From NCBI GenBank assembly GCA_964016885.1, contig OZ024740.1, positions 205,530,001 through 205,594,000 on the forward strand: a DNA stretch of 64,000 bases, read 5' to 3'. The notes under the pieces were generated by a model. It saw only the letters and a program-made list of their open reading frames with translations, had not been told where the DNA came from and did no database searches. The position numbers were made by a program, and so were the translations under genes. This DNA comes from Eledone cirrhosa (lineage: Eukaryota). Position 1 is the stretch's first letter. Each line of letters opens with the position of its first letter. Below, one piece after another: positions 26,061 through 37,935 of the stretch.

Positions 26061-26537
26061 TCACTCACATATATACACACACACTCACATATACACACAC
26101 ACACTGTCACATACACACACACACACTCACATATACACACATACACACACACACTCACGTATACATACACACTGTTACATATACACACTCACATATACAC
26201 AGACATGCACTTACATATACACATATTTTAAGCATTTTTTTGTATTTCCTTATTAGTACTCTGGCACTCACTTCAATTATTCAATAATGGTTTCTAAGTT
26301 AGGCACAAGCCCAACAATCTTTTAGAAGAGGGAAAAGGCGATTAAATTGACCCCAGTGCATTACTGGTACTTTATTTTATCGACCTCTTAAGGATGAAAG
26401 GCAAAGCTAACCACAGTGAGATTTAAAATCAGGGCATAAAGGGCCGTAACTCTATGCTGCAAAGCAATTATTCAATAATAGGAGCTAACAAGGCACCCTG
26501 TATGTGGTTGCTAGACATACTAGAAATAGTAGTCAAA

Positions 26538-26590
<53 letters not shown>
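26538..26590. repeat. (CTA)n microsatellite
   Basis: Directly visible. Confidence 0.97.
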
Positions 26591-27163
26591 CAATCTTACA
26601 CTTTGGTAGCACACCAAATTACATCTCACGGCACGCCAGTGTAGGTTTAGAGTTAAGTTTGTGGTTAAGAATCATAATCTCTTATGTTTCAATGTAGGAA
26701 TCCAAAGATCTTTCTCCTCCTCCTTCTTCTTCTCCTTCTTCTTGCCAGGGTTATTGAGACAGAGTCCTCAAGCATGCCTTCCAGCAGGTCCTGTCAGAGC
26801 CAAAACATCTCCAATTGATCTGATTGGATCCCCCTCTTCCTAAAACCCCACTTCAAAAAACTGCCCCATAGAGACAAAGAAATAATGGGGATGTTTGTGA
26901 TGGGATGTTGAAAAATTGAAATTTCAAAAGAAACTTTTTTTTTTTTGCGGAATTGTAATCTCTGATGTTTCCAATGTAGGAATCTGAAGAAATTTTCTAA
27001 AAATCAAACAAAAATATATTCATGGAGCAATGTTTGAATGTTGCCAGAATTAACATTATCTTTCCTTTATCACTCCAAGATCAATAAAATAAGTGCCAGT
27101 TGGATATATATGGTCATTGATTCTATTGATTATTCTGGTGTTCTCATTGCCCAAGGAAAAAAA

Positions 27164-27472
27164 ATCATCATCATCATCATCACCACCACCATCACCATCA
27201 CCACTGCCACAACCACTAAAAGCACCACCAAAACCAACACCATCATCATCACCACCACCACCAAAACCACTACCACCACCACCCCACCATCACTATTACA
27301 ACAACCACCACAATCATCATCATCACCACCACCATCACCATCACAACAACCATCACCACCATCATCATCATCATCACCACCACCACTACCACCACCACCA
27401 CCACCACCACCACCAAAACCATCACTAAAACAACCACCACCACCACCAGCATCACCATCACTAAAACCATCA
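27164..27472. repeat. (CAC/CAT)n compound trinucleotide repeat
   Basis: Directly visible; explains the poly-T/P/H ORFs. Confidence 0.93.
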
Positions 27473-29494
27473 GCTATGGTATTATCAGAAATAATATTCT
27501 GCTAAAGCTTTACATAGATAAAAGGTCTGACAACCAAATTTATAGAACATATATTGAGAACATTTGATTAAGTTGTGTTGAAATATGAAGACTTCTTCTA
27601 TTTTGTATTTATAGATTCTTTCCCATTATTGGGGTGGAATGGCAGTATCGGTAGAGTGTCAGGCAATATGTTTTGTGGCATATAGTTACGGCTCTTTACA
27701 TCACTCCAGGGTTACCTTTGCCTTTCGTCCTTACAGAGTCAATAAAATAAAGTACCAGTAGTGCACTGGGGTTGATATAATTGACTTTCTCTTCCCCCCA
27801 AAATGTTGGTCTTGTGCCTAATTCAGAAACCATTATTTATTTATTTATTTATTCTTTTACTTTTTTTTACCCTTTACTGCTTTCAGTCGCTAGGCTGCAG
27901 TCATGCTGGGAGACCACTTTAATTTAGTCAATCATATTAAACCCAGTACTTATTTCTCAACTCTGGTACTAATTTTATCAATTTCCTTTTTGTTAAACTG
28001 CTAAGTTACAAGACACAAACATAGACACAGACTAATATAAACTCACACAGGTTCACACATATAAACCATCATCATCATCTTATGTATATTTTTACATGTT
28101 TGCAAGAGTTGAATGAGCACTTTCCTGCATAGGCACCTTCCACTGGTAGCGTTCTTTCGTCACCTCCTCTGTGAAGTTCACCTTTGTCCATGTTTTTCTT
28201 AGTCGTCTTCTATTGTAGCTTCTTCCACTGGCATCTTCTGGCACTTCTTCACCCAGCAATCATCATCCATATGCATCACATGTCCATACCAGTGCAGACT
28301 TGCACACTACATCTGATTTCTCTTCTACCCAGTTTTTCTCTCAGTTCACCCATGTTTTCCAGTGAAATATACTGTATTTGAATTAATTAATTTAGAATTT
28401 GGAGAGATTTACTTAAATTTTTTTATTATTTTATTATCACTAGAATTTTTTTTTCCATATGCTGACACATATGTGTATATGTGTGTGTGTGTGTATGTGC
28501 ATATACATACATTTATATGTATGAGTATATAAATATAAACGCGCAAACATAGACACTCTTAAAAAAATACACACTCACAGACATACATTCACACAAATAC
28601 ACATATACATTCACACATGCATTTACACAAACACACACATACATAGCATTTTCACCATCCCCTTCCTTCCTTTTACACACACATACATCCACACAGGCAG
28701 CAGATGTAAAGAGAGGAGTAGTATGAGGTAGTCAAACTACTCCTCTCTCTTTACGTGTTGTGACAGAATCAGAGAAATTTATATATAGAAGATGACATTT
28801 GTAACAGAACTTAAGAAAAGATTCATCACCATCATTATCATCACTGTTTAATGTCCATTTTTCCAAGCTGGCATGGGTTAGACAAGTTGTCCTGTTGTGA
28901 GCAATGCCAGGTCAGGTGACCATGTCTTGCTCATATATCAAGTTACATTAGAAAATTATAATTAAATAGGAATCCTTAAAAATGGGTGGTTTTGTTTGCT
29001 AGAATTAGAAGTAGGTGAGTATCTAACGAGTTAATATAGGGTGAGTGAGAACAATTTGCAGAAACTGATGTAGTTATTAGCAGAAAATTATCAACTACTT
29101 TCATCCGACACTTACAACATTACATTGAGTTGAAAAATAAATACATTTATTTTGTTTTTCTCTTTTGGGATATTTCTGATTCCCTAAAGCAAAATAACAA
29201 AAAAAAAAAGTTTTCCCTAAAGAGTTTAGCTATTAACAGTTTGACATTTTCATATGCGCATATTTAATTTCTCTTTGAATATAATTCTGGAAAGTGTCCT
29301 TGACTGTTTAACAATAAAACCAGTTTAGTAAGTTAAATGAACTAAAATGCCTTAGTTGTCAACATAACATGTCACATGTGTATTTATCTATTTCTGATAT
29401 TCTCATGTGAATTATTTCTGGCCAAATAGTTAGAGATGTTAGCTGGCTACCAGAGAGATAGCTTGTATTCCATCACTGTCATTGTACATTGAAT

Positions 29495-30468
29495 GTATGT
29501 ATGTTTGTATGGACACCCAATCGCGCGGTTAAACCACTGGAAGTGAAGGACCCCTAGCCTTTGTAAGGGCATTCTTCTAGGAAAAGGCAACTCAGGAAAA
29601 GGATAACTCCGATATAAAACCTGCGGCTCAGTAGTTACCGATGATGTTGATCATTTCTTCTTTTCGGGTTATAGCTACTGTCGCTGAGAGAGTGGGATTG
29701 GCTCAGTGCACAGTCTTTCCTCACTTTAAAAAATATCTTCACGCACAGGCATTTCACGATAGAATTAATTAATAATTATTAATAATGGTATATCATGCAA
29801 TGGCCATACTCGATAACGAGGGGGCAGCCATCATGTATGTATGTATGTATGTATGTTTGGTGCTACTGGTAACATGTATTCCAGTACAACCTGTCCCATG
29901 GTCGGGCCGTTGGCGACTAAACTGGCAACCCACTAAGGTTTCTTGGTGAGGAGGGTGACTTTGGACATCCTGCAGGACTAAAAACAAAACCTGTCAAAGG
30001 AGCTCTTAAGAGTCAATGGCCATCCAAAATCACCGGGAGAGATGACCCCTTAGCCTTTGTCAAGGCAGAATTCTAGGAGAAGGAAAACTCTGATATAACA
30101 CCTGCCACTCTGATGGTATCCAATGATGTTGACTTGTTCTTCTTTTTGGTAAATATCATCTTGGTTAAGAGAGTGGGACTGGCTTTGTGCAGTGCCTTTG
30201 CTCACTATAAAAGCTTCACGGCACAGGCATTGCTTTATATATGGAGATCTCTCTGCACTTGTCGTCACATGGTACCATGGGCCTAGCACTATGTGTCAAT
30301 AATTGTCACAAGTGTAGTGTTTGTACCAGAGTTTTCAAGTCGCTGGCTGGACTAAAGTCACATTCGTTCAGTGCATCGGTAGGAGTTCTCCTACATGGAT
30401 ATAAAGTAGTGGCCGTACTCGAAAACGAGTTGGCAGCCACCATATATGTATGTATTTATGTATGTATG
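29495..30468 (+). mobile_element. Two non-autonomous RTE-derived units (putative 5' UTR plus 3' tail)
   Basis: GACCCCT(T)AGCCTTTGT.AAGG...CTAGGA block at ~29549 and ~30043; GGCC(A/G)TACTCGA..ACGAG..GGCAGCCA..(TATG)n ends at ~29800-29855 and ~30410-30468. Confidence 0.6.
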
Positions 30469-32086
30469 TAAAAAAAAATGGAGTGAAATAGGAGGATATT
30501 CCAGCACCGACCCTGTTTGCCATATATATCACAGAGAGTGATATGCAGCACATTTTGAATGCATTTTCTGATGCTTGCACTGCCCTAGGATTGACTGTCA
30601 GTCTCAAGAAAACCATTGTCATGAACCAACCTGCCCCTGGTAAGCAGTACAGTGAACCAAATATCTATGTGTATGGTAAATGACTTGGAGTGGTTGATCA
30701 GTTTGTCTACCTGGGAAGCACTGTCAATCGATACAGCAATCTTGATAATGAAATTCTACTCAGGATTAGGAAAGCAAGTGATGCTTTCGGAAAGCTAGAA
30801 AGGCACCTCTGGAGTCGGCGAGACATATGCAAGGAGACAAAGGTAAAGGTATACAAGGCATGTGTGCTCTCTTCTCTTCTTTATGCCTGCGAGATCTGGG
30901 TCACATATCGACACCACCTTAAACAATTAGAGCATTTCCATCAGATGTGTCTCAGACGGATCCATGGCATTCACTGGAGGGACCACATCAGTGATGTCGA
31001 GATTTTGGAAAGCTCTCTGTGTGACAGTATAGAAGCTCTTGTGCTTAAGCAAAGGCTCCGATAGAGTGGTCACCTTGCCAGGATGAAGGATTCTAGAATA
31101 CCAAAACAACTCTTTTATGGAGAGTTAGTTAAAGGAAAACGACCTCCACATAAACCAAAAAAGAGGTTTAAGGATTTGTTGAAAGCCTCTTTGAAAGACG
31201 CTAACATATCTGCTGATACATGGGAAAACGTAGCTGCTGATTGTAATAAATGGAGAAAGATTGTACATGATGCCTTTGAGCATCTCGAATTGCATATGAG
31301 AAAGTAAAAAGGGATGAGAGGAAGGGCATTGCTGTTGCATTTCCAGATAGCGAATGTCCTCCTATGCCGCTGACATGCAGTTTCTGTGCGAGACTCTGCC
31401 TCAGCAAAGCTAGACTTGAAAGTCATCTTCACAGTCATAAAGTGAGACCAATGGTTAACTACCAGGCTGCTGTTGGAGATGCTACTCATGATGCCTGCCA
31501 AGCTTGTGGAAGAGAGTGTAGATCAGCAGGAGGGCTCAAACGCCATGCAAGACTAGATGAACTCCAACCACAGTCGGCTACTGTCAGTGAATGTTTTGGT
31601 TGCCAACTCTGTGCAAGACATTTTAGATCATTGGCTGGGCTAAAAAGCCACATTCAATGGCAGCACCGTTAATTGTTATTGTGTGTGTGTGTATGTGTGT
31701 ATGTATGTGTATATGTGTGTGCGTATGTGTATGTATGTATGTGTGTATATATATAATTTTTTTAATTATTATTATTGTCGTTATTTTTCTTACTTCTGGG
31801 CGGTGGATTGGCAGTATCGGTAGAGGGTCGGATGCCATGCTTTGCAGCAAAGAGTTACGGCCCTTTATGGTCTGAGTTCAAATCCCGCCGAAGTTAACTT
31901 TGCCTTTCATCCTTACGGGGTCGATAAAATAAAGTACCAGTAATACACTAGGATAATTGCTGGCTTTGTGCCAACAGTAGAAACAATTATTATTGTCGTT
32001 ATTATTATTATTATGTTTTTTTGTTTTTTTCGTGCAATGGCCATACTCAATAACGAGGGGGCACCCATCATGTATGTATGTATGTA
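30469..32086 (+). mobile_element. Decayed RTE-clade LINE 3' half with three C2H2-type zinc-finger remnants, interrupted by a microsatellite and a SINE
   Basis: VDQFVYLGS, KASDAFGKL, YKACVLSSLLYACE, RIPKQLFYGEL..GKR..KKRFKD; CSFC..H..H, CQAC..H and CQLC..H...H; 3' tail at 32035-32086. Confidence 0.88.
31800..31985 (+). mobile_element. tRNA-derived SINE
   Basis: GGCAGTATCGGTAGAGG...GAGTTCAAATCCCGCCG...GCCTTTCATCCTTACGGGGTCGATAAAATAAAGTACCAG; same family as 7022-7197. Confidence 0.85.
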
Positions 32087-33051
32087 ACTCTTGATAGAGT
32101 TGTAGGGGTGCTGTATTGACATTCAGCATTTCTTGGGCATTTTAAGCCTGGTGGAGCTCATCCCTCTCCAGGCCTGAGTACAGCAGATTTCTTCCAGAGA
32201 AAGATAGAAAGTGAGAGAGAGGAAATGAGAAAGAGATATAGAGGAAGAATCCACTCCAGTACTAGACTGGTACTTTTTTTGTCGACCTTGAAAGGCTAAA
32301 AGGCAATATTGACCTCAGCGGGATTTGAACTCAGAAAGCAGAGAGCCAGAACGAATAACATAAAGCAGTTATTAAAACAGTTTAATAACATAGAACCAAA
32401 GAAACTTATCATCATCATCATATTTTACGTCCACTTTTCCCTGCTTGCAAGGGTGGGACGGGAACTGATGCTGGCTTGGTTTCTACAGCTGGATGCCCTT
32501 CCTAACACCGACCTCATTTACAGTGAGTGCTGGGTGCTTTTTTGCCGTGGCACCTCCATGACCACTTTGCAGTGGAATAATAGGGACTCCCAGTCCCTAT
32601 CATCTCATTTCTACAGGTGAGTAAACTGGAGCAATGTGAAATAAAGTGTCTTGCTCAAGGAAACAACACATCACCCGGTCTGAGAATTGAACTCACAACC
32701 TTTTGATAGCAAGGCCAATGCTCTAACCACTAAGCCATGTGCCTCCATTATTATATAGACAAATATACAGTTTATAATAACATAGAACCCAAAAAACTTT
32801 TATAGACAAATACATAGTTGAATATTTTCATAAAATATCTAGAAAAAAATACAAAGAAGCTGATTAAGAATTTAGGATGTAACCTCTGTAATATTTCACT
32901 TCATCAGTAAATCAACATCACTTTTCTATATTTAGGTTATATGTATATAACCTATTGTTTTATGGATAGAATAAGTAATATTTGGTTTCCTCTCCAAACT
33001 TTAACCTTTTCATGACTGCATTTCTAATGAAATACACTCTATTTTAATCAA

Positions 33052-33280
33052 TTAATTCTTTAGCATTTACATTATTCTATATTTACTATTGTATTTTCAC
33101 AGTAAAAGCTTTACCTCACACAGTTATCTCACATAACATCGAATCTATGAGATTTCGATATTATTTATTTTGAGAACAATACCTTAACATCAGTATGTGT
33201 GGCCAGTTAAGGCCAGTTTGAACAGAAAGAGCTGAAAGAATTCTGGCTGGATATGGCTGGTTTAAATGCTAAAAGGTTAA
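33052..33280. mobile_element. piggyBac-type MITE copy
   Basis: Homologous to 2628-2856; ends TAAATGCTAAAAGG|TTAA. Confidence 0.8.
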
Positions 33281-33459
33281 TGAAGAATTTTGAGGGATTT
33301 ACTAAAATTATTAATTATTCCATTACTAAGATAGTATCTTAATGTAAGGTTGTTATATAAAATTATGTTGGAAGATTTTAATTTAAATTGGAAACCTTTA
33401 AAATGAGTGGTTTTTAATTAAAGGGTTAACAGATGTTGGTAATTAAAGGGTTAACAGAG

Positions 33460-33830
33460 CTATGTTTGTGGATTATAAAAGTTCAGTGAACTATTACCAC
33501 TGTTGGCTACAAAGGGTTTGTCCCTCAAAGTAAAAGGAAGATTATATGATGCTTGTGTGAAATGGGCTTTGTGTGTAGCGGAATTATACAGCCCAGAAAG
33601 AAATGTAGTGAACAAGCTCGGATGGTTGTGTAATAATAGCATACATGAACAAGGAAGCATAAATGAGCTGAAAGAGAAACTGGCATAAGAGAGAGATCAG
33701 ATGCAATGTGCAGGAGAGGAGACTATGATAGCATGGACATGTGATGCATATGGAGGATGACAAGTACATAAAGAAATGCAGAGCACTTACAGTCATTGGA
33801 ATTTATGGAAGGAGAGAACCTAGGAAAACT
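33460..33830 (+). mobile_element. Decayed RTE LINE fragment
   Basis: ATKGLSLKVKGRLYDACV...SINELKEKL is homologous to the C-terminal part of ORF 49317-50825. Confidence 0.75.
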
Positions 33831-34210
33831 AGGGTTTCTCAGGGCCGTGTTCATGAATAATGGAAGGCAGAAGGCTGAATTAAATGCAAGAATTGCAGGA
33901 GCTGGTGTAATACTTCACCAGCTCCTTTGGTCATCAGAAGAAGGGACGTTGGTGAAATGTACGTCTTTGAGTATGGTTTGCTAATTTGATGTAAACCCCC
34001 CCTTCTCTCTTTCTCTCTCTCTATATATATATAAGTAGATAGATAGGTAGGTAGGTAAGTAGGTATGTCTATGTATATATAAAAATGAGAAAACCCATTG
34101 CTGTCAAAAACAGCGATTGGCAAAAATGCCTCAGTGGACAGAGACCTGTGGCCAGTGGTCAATAGAGAGACAATCCACAAAGTGGGTGACAGGCAGAGGA
34201 AATATAGAAA

Positions 34211-34258
<48 letters not shown>

Positions 34259-34446
34259 GGGGGAGAGAGAGAGAGGAAGAATCGTTCCAAAATTGAACTG
34301 GTACTTCATTTATCGACCTCGAAAAGATGGAATGCAAAGTTTACCTCGGCGGCTTTTGAACTCAATATTGACAGAGGACATTGATTTCTGATATGAATGA
34401 TAGATTTTATTACATTTATAACTTACATTTGTGTTCTATGAATTTT

Positions 34447-35110
34447 ACTCACAATTTTAGAATGTTTTTGTCACACAAACAAAAAGCCTGTGCAGTTATT
34501 TGGCCACAAACCCAGGCACAATTGTCTGTAAAGTGGAGGAGAGGACGATAGTTAGATATCGGGAGTTCATTGATGGCTTCTTTTTCATGCTGGGTACCAT
34601 TGAGATATTAGGTGTCCTTGGTCACCGAACTGCTATTATCTTCTGCAAATTGGGAGGAGTGCATCCTGCCTGAGGAACGAGCCCTGTGAGGTAGAGCGGC
34701 TGATGAAGTGGGTGTCGGCGGCCATTTTTTGTGGTAATGCTTTCACTATTTTGTCTGTGGGTTGCATCATCTGAGACAGACTGCCTAGACTAGGGTGTAG
34801 AGTCTGCTTCTAACCCCCCCCCCCCCCATCTCTTACTATTGGCATTTACATATTTTCTCGTTCCTTTTCGTTTCTTAAATAGTCAGACGTTGATGAATTA
34901 TAAATTTCATTCTTTTATTTTAAAATAAATCGTTACTACTTCCCGACATAATATAAACTGTTGTTACTAGGTAACTTTTCCTGTAAAAACAGCTTTGTCA
35001 AGTATTTAGCAGACGACGAATATGTGTCACGTGGTATTGAAGGAGATTACACGAGAGTGAGAAAACATTAACATTCTCGACTTTTGTCATCGATGTGGCT
35101 AGGTAAGTAA
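34447..35110. promoter_or_regulatory. Candidate divergent promoter / first-exon region
   Basis: Unique, relatively CpG-rich sequence; YY1-like CGGCCATTTT at ~34719-34728; plus-strand donor AG|GTAAGT at 35102/35103; minus-strand donor GTGAGT at 34447-34452. Confidence 0.35.
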
Positions 35111-37589
35111 CCCGCTGCACATGCATATATATATAGTGTGCACCTACTCGTATGCTTTAACTAGCCTGCTCATCTCTCTCTTTCCTAGCAACTTTGAAGT
35201 ATAGACTACAGTCTGATATAGTTCACCTAATGTGCTTTTGTTTATTTCACTTGTATGACAATCATTTCCCCGTCCAATACTTGTTTTATCTAAGCCCCGC
35301 CCCTTCCATTATTTTGTTTGGATCATGCTTAGTTTTATGTTTACACATGTTTTTGTTTCTTGAAAAACATTCTCCCAATATCTTTCAATATTTATGCATT
35401 TTCTCCTTAGATATGACCATGATAAGTTGATAAAATAATTCCTTTTTACTTTAGCCTCTTTTCTAAAAAATGAAAATAAAGAAAAATTAAACATGTAAAA
35501 AGAATCTCCGCTGGTAGGGTCAATGTACCTCTTACATTCGTCACTAAAACATTAATCCAGTTAAATTTAGTATTTTTTGTTTTACTATAACTACTATTAT
35601 TAGTTCTGATTTAGGCACAAGGCCAACAACATGACGGGAGGGGAAAGTCGATTAAATTGGTCCCTCAGTGTATTACTGGTGCTTTATTTTATCGACCCCC
35701 CCCCCCCATCGTAAGGACGAAAGGCAAAGTAATAGTAATAATTATTTCTTTATTATTAGCCACAAGGGCCGAACATAGCGGACAATACTAAGACGGGGAC
35801 AATGGGGTTTACATAAAATAGTGTACAAAAAATTATCATTTAAAAAAAAATGATAATAATAGGCTGGCATCCGCAGTGTTGAAAAAGATGTTGCACCATC
35901 TGTCACTTTTAAAACCTGTGTTTGTTGTGTACCCAGTATACGGAATATCTACACCCGTTAGCGGACATAATTCTTAACTTACAGGATATTTCATGCCATT
36001 GAATTCTCCACCGCTATATCCAATTTATATCGTTAGAATATATTCTTGATTAATACTAGTTGATACTACTTTACATATTAAAATAAATGATTGGGGGAAA
36101 TTCATAATTAATAAGGATATCCGAATCCAGCAATTATGCAGCCATTTTTGCTACTGTACAACACAATAAATAGTTCATCGTAAAGAGAAATTGTCGAAGG
36201 GTTAATTCATAATGATTATCATGAGTGGTTATGTATTAAACAATTTCCTGTGTGCCAAGCATCTTTATTATGCCATGTGACTGTTGAAGTAATGAATAAA
36301 GCCAATTAATTTTGAAAGAAGTCCAGTCGGGTATGTGCATGATGTGAACATATAGGGAGTACACGGAAATAATTTTCCCGGGATAGGAAGAAAACAACTC
36401 TAGAGTATAGAATTTTATTTCATGTTTCTCCTCTCTCTCTAGATTTTAAAAGAAATAGAGGTTCCTCTCTCTTCTCAATATACTCTAACGTGATAACAAG
36501 TTGTGGATTTCATTATCATTTCTTTTTATTATCGATATATAAATATCCCCAGTAAGGCTCACTGTGGCGATAATGAATAGCCCTTTTGTTACCGTATTTC
36601 TAGAAAACATCACTGCCTATGATTTTCAGATGATTTTGTAATTAATCAAGAAATTGGAAAAAATTAGTACTATAACTAACTTTCTCATTATTAAGCTGGT
36701 GTCTGGAATATAACCTATTAAAGGTTCTTACATAAAATTATGATGGAAGGTTTTTTTTTTATATAGATAAATATAAAACACTTTAAAATAGACAGTTTTG
36801 TATCCAATGATGCTTAATTCGTTTCCTCACTTGTGCTGCTATCCACTTTTTCCTGTTTGCAGTGTAGGGTACTTTACCTGATTTTTCTCAACTATTATTT
36901 AATGATCGATTATTATTATGGTCATTTGCGTTGGGACACACCCGTTTAAAATTTCAAATTATTGAACCGGGAGCAGTTTCAGATGGTTCGGTATCCAAAA
37001 ACTAAGATTATTCTATAGCCAAATAAAAAGGACTGGGAAATATTCTTTTTTTTACTGTTTTTCTTAGTTTAGAGCCCTCCCTCCCCCCTTTTTTTTTACA
37101 AGGGCTCTTCACATAGTGTGTCTGTATCACAGTGTACTGTGTGTATGTATCAGTGTGTCTGTACTCATATCTATGTGTGTGCACGTGTGAAGTAAACAAA
37201 TGTAAGAACACCAGAAAGAAACAGCTTAGCAATTTATTTGTGTTTCGATGGAAGTATGCTTTTTTTCTTTTGTTGTTTATTTTGTATTCAGAATTAGATT
37301 CTGTTGTTGAATTCACAACCTGTGTACCTCCATTGGGGTGAAGTTGATCAACAAATATTGTCTTAAATTAATTGTCATTTTAACCATCTTGGAAGTAGTA
37401 ATACCAGCCTGGAAATGTTAAGCAGATGTAAACAAAATTAATCTATAGTCTAACATATATATTTACGAAGCCTGAAATGTGTCGCTCTCGTCGTTGTTGT
37501 TTAGCCCCAGGTCTCCTCTGATTGAGCAGATGTTTGATCAAAGATGTCCCAGTCATAACATTCTCATAATTTTCTACATCTAAGATTAC

Positions 37590-37935
37590 ATTATTCAACG
37601 CGTCTTCCCTTTTTAAGACGTGTGTGATTTGAAGGAACTAGGCTGCTATTTCTAGCAAATAATGTGACTAGGACTACATTTTCTAATGTGTCTTTCAATT
37701 TTAAGATGGTAGTGTGTAATTTGAAGGAACTTGGCTGCTATTTCTAGCAAATAATGTAACTAGGACTGCATTTTCTAACGTGTCCTTCTTTTTAAGATGG
37801 TAGTGTGTGATTTGAAGGAACTTGGCTGCTATTTCTAGCAAATAATGTAACTAGGACTACATTTTCTAATGTGTCCTTCCGTTTTAAGATGGTAGTGTGT
37901 AATTTGAAGGAACTTGGCTGCTATTTCTAGCAGGT
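37590..37935. repeat. ~91-bp tandem repeat, about 4 copies
   Basis: TTTGAAGGAACTTGGCTGCTATTTCTAGCAAATAATGTAACTAGGACT recurs; TTTCTAGCA at 37741 and 37832. Confidence 0.9.

Noticed and set aside
27038-27505. Pro/Thr/His-rich ORFs resembling mucin or extensin (similar cases: poly-Glu at 18020, poly-Ala at 20128, poly-His at 44459)
   Set aside because: Trinucleotide repeats open in several frames, with no splice or domain support.
31800-31890. tRNA gene (A-box and B-box present)
   Set aside because: No cloverleaf; it is the head of a multicopy SINE.
34453-34775. Minus-strand coding exon starting ATGGCCGCC
   Set aside because: All three frames hit stops before the donor; no protein family recognised.
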